Part shown: positions 57,593 to 64,000 of the stretch, piece after piece
How positions within the stretch are numbered: the first letter of the stretch is position 1
How the letters are laid out: every line of letters starts with the position of its first letter
Assembly: GCA_037310415.1 (NCBI GenBank)
Contig: CP147780.1
Location: 1,088,001-1,152,000, forward strand
DNA length: 64,000 nucleotides
Direction: 5' to 3'
DNA from: Candidatus Atabeyarchaeum deiterrae
GTDB taxonomy: Archaea; Asgardarchaeota; Atabeyarchaeia; Atabeyarchaeales; Atabeyarchaeaceae
Notes under the pieces: generated by a model
Databases searched by the model: none
What the model saw: the letters and a program-made list of their open reading frames with translations, nothing else
Told to the model about the DNA's origin: nothing
Made by a program: the position numbers and the translations under genes

Positions 57593-59086
57593 ATGAGTAA
57601 GAGTTTCAAGCTTTCTGGCGTCTTGCCGGCCCTAGTCACTCCTTTCAGGAAAGAGGACGAGGCGATTGACAAAGAGGCGTTCAAGACACTTATTGACTTT
57701 GTCATCGAGAAAGGAGTGACAGGAGTGGTCCCCTGTGGCACCACTGGAGAGTTCACCTCCATGTCTGAGGAGGAGAAGAAAGGCATTCTTCAAATTACCG
57801 TCGATCATGTGAATGGCAAGGTTCCAGTTGTAGCAGGAACCGGATGCGCTGCAACAAAAGAAACGATTGAGATGACAAAATTCGCCAAAGATGTCGGAGC
57901 GGACGCAGCGCTGGTCGTGACACCCTTCTACCTCAAGCCTTCGGACAGAGGAATCTACGAGCACTACAGACGGGTTGCCGATGCTGTTGACGGTTTTCCC
58001 ATTATCATGTATAACATTCCACAAGTCACGGGAGTTACCCTCGCATGGCCTTTGGTGGAGGACCTGGTTGAAATAGACAATATCGTCGGATTGAAAGACA
58101 GCAGTGGGCAGCTTCCCTACACTATGGCCGTGCTGGAGAAAGTGAGAGACAAGATCTTTGTAATGTGTGGACATGACGAGGTCGTACTTCCAGCCTTAGC
58201 TGGGGGCGCAAATGGAGTCATCTTGGCTTCAGCCAATGTCATTCCTGATATATGGCTTAGGGTTGTGAATGCGGTTAAAGACGGTAAACTCGACGAGGCC
58301 CGCAAAATCCAGATGCAGATCCAGAAATTCGCAAGAATAATCGTAGGAAGTGGAGCTGTGGGCGTCAAGGAATCACTCAAATGTATGGGGCTTGACGTAG
58401 GTGTTCCTCGGTGGCCGCTATCAGTCGGAGGGGAATTGTCGTTTGAGAACAGGGAAGAGATCAGAATAGAACTGGAGAAGCTGGGTAAGATAGAGAAGAA
58501 GGTCGTGGAATTTGAAGTTGTGCCTGGCGTTCCTCTGGAAGATAGGTTTGCAGCTGTAGACCTAACTCCCAAGGTTATCAGAGATTTCTCATTGAAAGTA
58601 GGAGAAGCACTAATTGCATCAGGTTCTGAGGTTGCTCATATCGATGTAATGATTGGCAGAAAGGATGGACCAGTAGGTGAAGCATTTGCCAAAGCCAAGG
58701 CAAACCCGGTGCCAGGACATGAAGCCCTCCTCGCGGTGTTGGAGCCGAATCTGGTTGTTAAACCATCGACGCTAATCATACCCACAGTTACAATCAAGAA
58801 CCTCAGACAAAGCCAAATGATTTTCGGGCCTGCTCAAGCTGGTGTGGCTAAAGGTGTTGCAGATTGCGTAACTGACGGAATTATTCCAAGGGGCGCCCTG
58901 GATGAACTGGCCATCATAGCCAATGTGTTTGTTCATCCGTCAGCAGTTGACAGACATCGAATATTCATAAACAACTGGAAAGCCATGAGACAAGCCATAC
59001 GGAGAGCTATAGAGGGAAGACCAACTGCAGAGGAGCTTGAGCGTGACAAGGAGGCCGCCAGGCATCCCTTCAAACACACACCTTGA
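57593..59086 (+). CDS. DHDPS/NAL-family class I aldolase fused to formaldehyde-activating enzyme (Fae)
   Basis: GTTGE, YNIP, GLKDSSG; C-terminal GEALI..G.EVAHIDVMIG...PGH...FGPAQAGVAK. Confidence 0.9.
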   Translation: MSKSFKLSGVLPALVTPFRKEDEAIDKEAFKTLIDFVIEKGVTGVVPCGTTGEFTSMSEEEKKGILQITVDHVNGKVPVVAGTGCAATKETIEMTKFAKDVGADAALVVTPFYLKPSDRGIYEHYRRVADAVDGFPIIMYNIPQVTGVTLAWPLVEDLVEIDNIVGLKDSSGQLPYTMAVLEKVRDKIFVMCGHDEVVLPALAGGANGVILASANVIPDIWLRVVNAVKDGKLDEARKIQMQIQKFARIIVGSGAVGVKESLKCMGLDVGVPRWPLSVGGELSFENREEIRIELEKLGKIEKKVVEFEVVPGVPLEDRFAAVDLTPKVIRDFSLKVGEALIASGSEVAHIDVMIGRKDGPVGEAFAKAKANPVPGHEALLAVLEPNLVVKPSTLIIPTVTIKNLRQSQMIFGPAQAGVAKGVADCVTDGIIPRGALDELAIIANVFVHPSAVDRHRIFINNWKAMRQAIRRAIEGRPTAEELERDKEAARHPFKHTP

Positions 59087-59104
59087 AGATTTTCAACCCA
59101 GAAA

Positions 59105-59239
59105 GTCGGACATCGGGAAAAATGAAAACGGTTTCTGTTGTAACAGTCGCTAGTAAGCTAGGTTCACCCCTTCGGGACTGTCTCGACCCCCAAAACTCCG
59201 ACCGCTGACGCTATCTCAGCCGTAGGGATTGCTTCCCCT
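59105..59239 (-). ncRNA. Candidate structured RNA or 3'-UTR element
   Basis: Nested stems GUCGGA/UCCGAC and ACAGUC/GACUGU plus several hairpins between convergent genes. Confidence 0.35.
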
Positions 59240-59246
59240 TCTCATA

Positions 59247-59555
59247 TTATTCTATGAGATTCTGCTCTGCAACTTCGATTATCAGGATATGTCTTCTCGC
59301 GGGATCGGTCGTGAATTCATCCGAGAAACTAACCTCATGGGTGATCATGTTTAGCACTACATACCTTTTCTTCACTGGCGGAGCCTCAACGTAAACGACG
59401 AGGGGTTCACCCATTACTGGGATAGGCGCGAAGTAAATGTGTTTTCCTCCCTTTTCAACGTGACAAAGGAACGATGCAGCCATCGGTGAACTTACCATCA
59501 TCACGAGGTCTTCAAACCTCTTCAACTTCATGCGGAGAATCTCTTCCTCAGGCAA
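59247..59555 (-). CDS. Conserved archaeal hypothetical protein
   Basis: 102-aa ORF with GGAG SD; beta-rich. Confidence 0.6.
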   Translation of the reverse strand: MPEEEILRMKLKRFEDLVMMVSSPMAASFLCHVEKGGKHIYFAPIPVMGEPLVVYVEAPPVKKRYVVLNMITHEVSFSDEFTTDPARRHILIIEVAEQNLIE

Positions 59556-59709
59556 AACAGATCAGATCTCCTTCTCCCTTCTTCCAAAAAGATCGCGGGC
59601 AATTCGCTTAGCGCATTCGCCTAATGGATTAGGATGACACGTTCATTAACTTATCGGGTGAGGTTCTGCAATGCCTAGTTGTATAACGATGAAGCGGTCC
59701 TACTTCCCC

Positions 59710-61113
59710 TCATAGTGCTACTATTACCATTATGTCATTAACATTGGTACCAGTCGGTCCAGTGATTATTATTCCATCGCCAAGTTTCTTGAAGAACGTA
59801 TTAGAGTCATTTCGCGAGAGATAGTCAAGAGGGTCGATGCCTTTCAGCCGCGCGTTCGTTAGAATGTGGCTGTCCACGATACCACCTGCGGCATCAGTTG
59901 GTCCATCGACGCCATCGGTTCCCATTGATCCTATTACTACGCCTTCCAATCCTTCAATTGACTTTGAAGCACTCAAAGCGAGTTCTTGGTTTCTTCCCCC
60001 TCTTCCAGTTCCAAGTACGGTGACTGTGGTTTCCCCGCCCATGATCACAGCAGCTGGTTTGTTGATTGGTGATCCATGTGTTGCCAATTCTTTTGCCACC
60101 GCCGCGATGAATTTGCCGACTTCTTTGGCTTCGCCTTCAACCATCGTCGATAGTACGATGCTATTCAGGTCTAATTCGCGAGCTTTTGTGTACGCGGCGT
60201 TGCAGGCTTGCCTGCAACTACCTATGATGTAATTGTGAACATGGCTGAAGACGCTTGACTCACTCTTAGGAGTTTCAGGTATCTCCCCATTGAATCCTTT
60301 CAGTAGATGTTGTCTGGCGCTTTCTGGCATATCGTTCCAGAGGTTCCGGCGCTTCAATACTTCGATTGCGTCCTTGTATCTTGTAGAATCAGGAGCGGTA
60401 GGACCACTCGCTATCACATCAAGAGGGTCTCCAACAACATCGCTTACCACAAGTGTTACCATAGTGCAGCCTCTCGAAGTAGCCTTCTCGGCGAGTCTTC
60501 CTCCTTTGACTTGCGAGAGATGCTTCCGAACGGTATTCAATTCGTTGATGTTGGTTCCCAGCTTCTGGAGCGATCGGATGACTGTCTCAAGGTCTTCCAA
60601 AGGAACTTCATCGGGTGGGAGGCACAGGAGTGCAGATCCACCGCCGGATATCAGACATATGATCAAATCGCTTGGCCCAGCTGTATCCAGGATAGATAGA
60701 ATCCTCTTCGTCGCTTCGAGGCTATCTGAATTAGGTATAGGGTGGTTTGACTCGTGAAGCTCTATTCGCTCCGTATTGAACATGCTGCGGGTTCCACGAA
60801 GGATACTTACACATCCTTCAGAAATCATGTCTCCAAGGAGCTTCTCCATCTCTTCGGCCATAGCGCCACTAGCTTTCCCTGCTCCAACAACAAAAACTCT
60901 ACCAGACTTCTCAAGGTTGAAGGTTGCATTGCCTACTGCTAAGCTCTTTCTATTTTTGGAAAGCTTGACGCATCTGCGCACCGCTATTCTAGGATCAGAT
61001 GCCTTGACGGCCTCCTCGAGCAGTGTCAAAGCTACACTTCTGGCTTTTCTGTCAACCTCATCAAAAGCATTTCCTATCAACTCGTTGAAATTCTTCACGA
61101 GGTGGTCGACCAT
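59710..61113 (-). CDS. Glycerate 2-kinase (MOFRL family)
   Basis: GAGKAS, HPIP, LISGGGSAL, SDVVGD, GGETTV, GRNQE, GTDGVDG, TGTNVND. Confidence 0.95.
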   Translation of the reverse strand: MVDHLVKNFNELIGNAFDEVDRKARSVALTLLEEAVKASDPRIAVRRCVKLSKNRKSLAVGNATFNLEKSGRVFVVGAGKASGAMAEEMEKLLGDMISEGCVSILRGTRSMFNTERIELHESNHPIPNSDSLEATKRILSILDTAGPSDLIICLISGGGSALLCLPPDEVPLEDLETVIRSLQKLGTNINELNTVRKHLSQVKGGRLAEKATSRGCTMVTLVVSDVVGDPLDVIASGPTAPDSTRYKDAIEVLKRRNLWNDMPESARQHLLKGFNGEIPETPKSESSVFSHVHNYIIGSCRQACNAAYTKARELDLNSIVLSTMVEGEAKEVGKFIAAVAKELATHGSPINKPAAVIMGGETTVTVLGTGRGGRNQELALSASKSIEGLEGVVIGSMGTDGVDGPTDAAGGIVDSHILTNARLKGIDPLDYLSRNDSNTFFKKLGDGIIITGPTGTNVNDIMVIVAL

Positions 61114-61125
61114 TCTTGAAAGCGC

Positions 61126-61146
61126 CTCTCTCTCTCTCTCTCTCTC
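61126..61146. repeat. (CT)10/(GA)10 simple sequence repeat
   Basis: Perfect 21-nt dinucleotide tract ending 13 nt before the glycerate kinase ATG. Confidence 0.95.
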
Positions 61147-61236
61147 CGAAAGTAGGGTTTGGAGAGTTTCATAAGCATTACGGCGGGAAGGCCAAAGGGA
61201 AAAGGGCAAGATACTTGTCTTATGCTAGGATCTAGC

Positions 61237-62526
61237 CTAAGCCTTTTCTCTGCTGATTAGCTTCATTAGTTTGGGCATGAGTTCTGTTCCTTTTGACAGG
61301 ATTCCTAAGCTTCCTTTGGCGCATTCCCTTTCACCGAATTTTTCAGCACCATCTCCCCTGATCTTGTCACCTGCTATCAAAAGTGGAACTGGATCATCAC
61401 TATGACCTTTCAATGAACATGGAGTTGAGTGGTCAGCTGTAACACAGACGACTGAATTGGACAAATCAATTATCTTGAGCAACTTGCTGAAGAATAGAGC
61501 GTCAATCTTCTCAATTATCTCCTTTTTCAGTTTCACATCCCCGTCATGTCCAGGTTCATCAGGGCCCTTTATGTGAATGTAGAAACAATTGTGCGATCTC
61601 ATGGCCTCCTTCAGCCTAGCTATTCTCAGTTCCAGATCTGCTTGAATGTTCTTTGAAGGCGGAGGCAACTCGAAGACATCCATTCCAGAGAGTTTCCCTA
61701 TGCCTATTTCTACAGGCATGTCTGCTAGACAGGCGAATCTCACACCATATTTCTTATTGATGCTAAAGAGTTTGGGCACGTGGTCACCTGCGTCCCGCGA
61801 AAGTATGACATTTGCTGGTTTCTTGCCATCCTCAACTCGCGACTTGTTCACAGGGTGATCCTTCAAAACATTGATGCTCTTCTCTGTAAACTCATTTACT
61901 AGTTCAGCTGCAATCTTGGAAGTCTTTTTCTTGTCGAGCGGTTCACACTGCATTAATCTGCTCTCTGTGCCCGCTTTAGCTACACCAAGACCTTTAACTC
62001 GAGCATAAGCAGAGTCCGTGTTTGAGACGTTTCCTGAAAGTGGACTCTCTTCACTTCTTATGACCAGCACGCATCTATGGGCTACAGTGTTCTTGAACTC
62101 AAATGTAGCGCGATGAGATTCAAGTTTCACAGCCTCATTTATCGATTTGCTGAGGCCTTTCGCCTCATCGTTGTCTAGGTTCCTTCCTGCTCGTCTGTCG
62201 AGTATTGCGTTTCCTTTTCCGAGCGTGGCGAAGTTACATCTTAGGGCTAGATCGCCTTCGTTGATTGTGAGTCCTGAGCCGAAGGATTCTATCGGTCCTC
62301 TGCCAGAGTGATACTTGAAAGGATCGTATCCGAGTATCGAAATAACGGCCACGTCACTTTCAGGGGCGACGCCTTTCTTAACAGTATACATCAGGCCGGT
62401 ACTACCATTCTTGGCCAACTGATCCAAGTTGGGGGTGGAAGCTGCTTCGAGTGGAGTTCTTCCGCCCAGTTCTTCTACAGGGCGGTCACCCATACCATCT
62501 ATACAGACATAGAACAAATTCATCAT
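61237..62526 (-). CDS. apgM: 2,3-bisphosphoglycerate-independent phosphoglycerate mutase (archaeal)
   Basis: DGMGDRP, TPLEAA, PESD, GRGPIE, KGPDEPGHDG, TADHSTP, HSDDPVP. Confidence 0.95.
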   Translation of the reverse strand: MMNLFYVCIDGMGDRPVEELGGRTPLEAASTPNLDQLAKNGSTGLMYTVKKGVAPESDVAVISILGYDPFKYHSGRGPIESFGSGLTINEGDLALRCNFATLGKGNAILDRRAGRNLDNDEAKGLSKSINEAVKLESHRATFEFKNTVAHRCVLVIRSEESPLSGNVSNTDSAYARVKGLGVAKAGTESRLMQCEPLDKKKTSKIAAELVNEFTEKSINVLKDHPVNKSRVEDGKKPANVILSRDAGDHVPKLFSINKKYGVRFACLADMPVEIGIGKLSGMDVFELPPPSKNIQADLELRIARLKEAMRSHNCFYIHIKGPDEPGHDGDVKLKKEIIEKIDALFFSKLLKIIDLSNSVVCVTADHSTPCSLKGHSDDPVPLLIAGDKIRGDGAEKFGERECAKGSLGILSKGTELMPKLMKLISREKA

Positions 62527-62678
62527 AAGCAGTCTGAACGCCTCCAAGACATTTCTTCAGTATCTTATGGAAAGATTGGAGCGATAATCGGGCAATTGTC
62601 ATGGCATCCTAATTGCATTTGAAGAAAGCTTTCACTTACTACTCTGAAAAACGAATATGAGTTTTGTGCAGCGCTACT

Positions 62679-63998
62679 TCACTGGTTTTTTTCGCCTAGT
62701 TTTAGGGTGAATTTGCAGTGGTCATGACCAGTACCGTAGCATTCAACTTCCCGGACGGTTGTTTCGACCCCAAGTTTAGCTTCGAATATGCCCTCAATTA
62801 GCCCTTCATCCAGCGTGCAGAGAGTGTCTCCGACATTCGGAGAATCCTTGCACTCTAGGCAATCGTTCACAACAATTGTCAATCCACTCTTATCTTCGTC
62901 TTTAACCGTTAACTTACCTAGACCGCGAGTGCTCCAATATTCAGCCAACTCAGTCACTAAGCGGCTTTGACTCTTCGACTTGAATGTGTGCCCCACGTCC
63001 AGCCCTATTTGTTTACCTACGTTTCTAAACTGTTCTCTTAGGTTTATGCCAAGGAAGTCTAGAGCATGAATTATAGACTCTATTCTGGGTGCGAATCTCA
63101 GCTGTTCTTCTCCGATATGGTTCACGAGTTTGGAAAGTTTCTCGTAGAGCTGATTCTGAGTCAGACTTATCTGAATGCGTTCAACAGGTTTGCCTGTTTC
63201 AATCTCATCGAATCTACCCTTAGCGTCGATCGCGACGCTCCACATTAACTCAAAAAACTCCTTATGAGACAAGACAAAATCCTTACTATCAGCCCACAAC
63301 GCAGCATCACGGTCTGCTGGAAGCCCAATAGAACTACCCAAAACCAGTAGAGTCACAACCTCCTTGTCATCAACCACAACGAAGCTTATGGGATTCTCAA
63401 GTTTCAAGTGCCTAACTTCAGCAAACTCCATAAACCTCTTAACGGAGCCAATGTTAGCCTTGTCAATCTCACAGATAATCCTTACCTTAGTCTTCTGCTT
63501 CTCCACAAGTTCTTCAAGGGCGTCGTCAACACCATTTAGCACAGCGAGAACAGCGCCCCGTTTCGTCGTAGCCATACAGACATTTTTTCTGGGTTCTTGG
63601 AAGATTTCAACAAAAACGTTGTAAATTCGCTGCGCACTGTGAACTAACCTGAATGTCGGCTGTGTCTCGACTTTTCCAGGAGGAATAGTCTTCCAAGTTT
63701 CTAACACAATTTCCTTGCTTCGTTCTATCTTTGATATCTTGCTTTTCTGTTCTTCTATCAGTATATCAAATCCTTTGTTCAGGGCGACTGCGACAAACCT
63801 CATTGGCTTCTCAAGAGTCCTCTTCACAAGATTCCTCTGCTCGAGTTTCTCAAGTGTACGATAAGCATCCATCCTATCGAATTTCAGGGAATCAGCAACA
63901 GCGCTGGCCTTACTGGGCCCTAATCTATTTAATTCAAGGTATATCTGCGCCTCTTTCTCTGTTAGACCCGTTTCCACCAGTTCCTTTATGATTGATTC
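62679..63998 (-). CDS. TrmB-family regulator with C-terminal V4R domain (5'-truncated by window edge)
   Basis: GLTEKEAQIYL wHTH, TrmB effector domain, V4R CLEC...C..DEG...EVEC...GHDHCKF; frame open to the window end. Confidence 0.9.
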   Translation of the reverse strand, partial: ESIIKELVETGLTEKEAQIYLELNRLGPSKASAVADSLKFDRMDAYRTLEKLEQRNLVKRTLEKPMRFVAVALNKGFDILIEEQKSKISKIERSKEIVLETWKTIPPGKVETQPTFRLVHSAQRIYNVFVEIFQEPRKNVCMATTKRGAVLAVLNGVDDALEELVEKQKTKVRIICEIDKANIGSVKRFMEFAEVRHLKLENPISFVVVDDKEVVTLLVLGSSIGLPADRDAALWADSKDFVLSHKEFFELMWSVAIDAKGRFDEIETGKPVERIQISLTQNQLYEKLSKLVNHIGEEQLRFAPRIESIIHALDFLGINLREQFRNVGKQIGLDVGHTFKSKSQSRLVTELAEYWSTRGLGKLTVKDEDKSGLTIVVNDCLECKDSPNVGDTLCTLDEGLIEGIFEAKLGVETTVREVECYGTGHDHCKFTLKLGEKNQ

Positions 63999-64000
63999 CA

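Noticed and set aside
59150-59245. TPP riboswitch or SECIS resemblance (GGGG...CUGAGA...GAACCU; AUGA...UGAG)
   Set aside because: Lacks the conserved TPP P4/P5 sequence, the stem is too short for SECIS, and it lies at gene 3' ends with no selenoprotein upstream.
61114-61209. ERERERE N-terminal extension of glycerate kinase
   Set aside because: It is the translation of the GA microsatellite; the likely start is ATG 61113.
1-64000. CRISPR array, tRNA, rRNA, integrase or transposase
   Set aside because: No regularly spaced DNA repeats, T-loop/cloverleaf or recombinase/transposase motifs recognised by eye; tRNAscan and CRISPR finders were not run.

Overview
Archaeal genomic window; arcadin-1, a proteasome alpha subunit, GTPBP1, a TRAM protein, Fae, corrinoid methyltransferases, an SCP2 protein and a TrmB-V4R regulator suggest an Asgard- or Bathyarchaeia-like anaerobe (inference). 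Bases 1 to ~27,800 form a defence/accessory island. It holds two N6-adenine MTase + PD-(D/E)XK nuclease operons, GmrSD next to SIR2, an HD hydrolase, a HhH-GPD-like glycosylase, a PLD nuclease, DUF365, several decayed or orphan membrane genes and a 1394-aa HerA/VirB4-like ATPase. Its most notable gene is an NLR-like protein built from a class III nucleotidyl-cyclase-like domain, an nSTAND3 NTPase and 32-aa helical repeats, placed at the end of a type IIG R-M operon. The island's right edge carries a diverged duplicate of the 3' end of the neighbouring acdA gene, probably an integration scar. Bases ~27,800-64,000 are mostly housekeeping and metabolic genes (acyl-CoA metabolism, methyl-corrinoid transfer, proteasome, RNase HII, ABC exporter, glycerate kinase, phosphoglycerate mutase). 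Notable items there are a non-DapA class I aldolase fused to Fae, a G.U-rich 5' leader hairpin on the TRAM gene, an intergenic structured-RNA candidate and a (GA)10 tract. No tRNA, rRNA, CRISPR array, integrase or transposase was recognised. All family assignments come from motif recognition by eye, not database searches.
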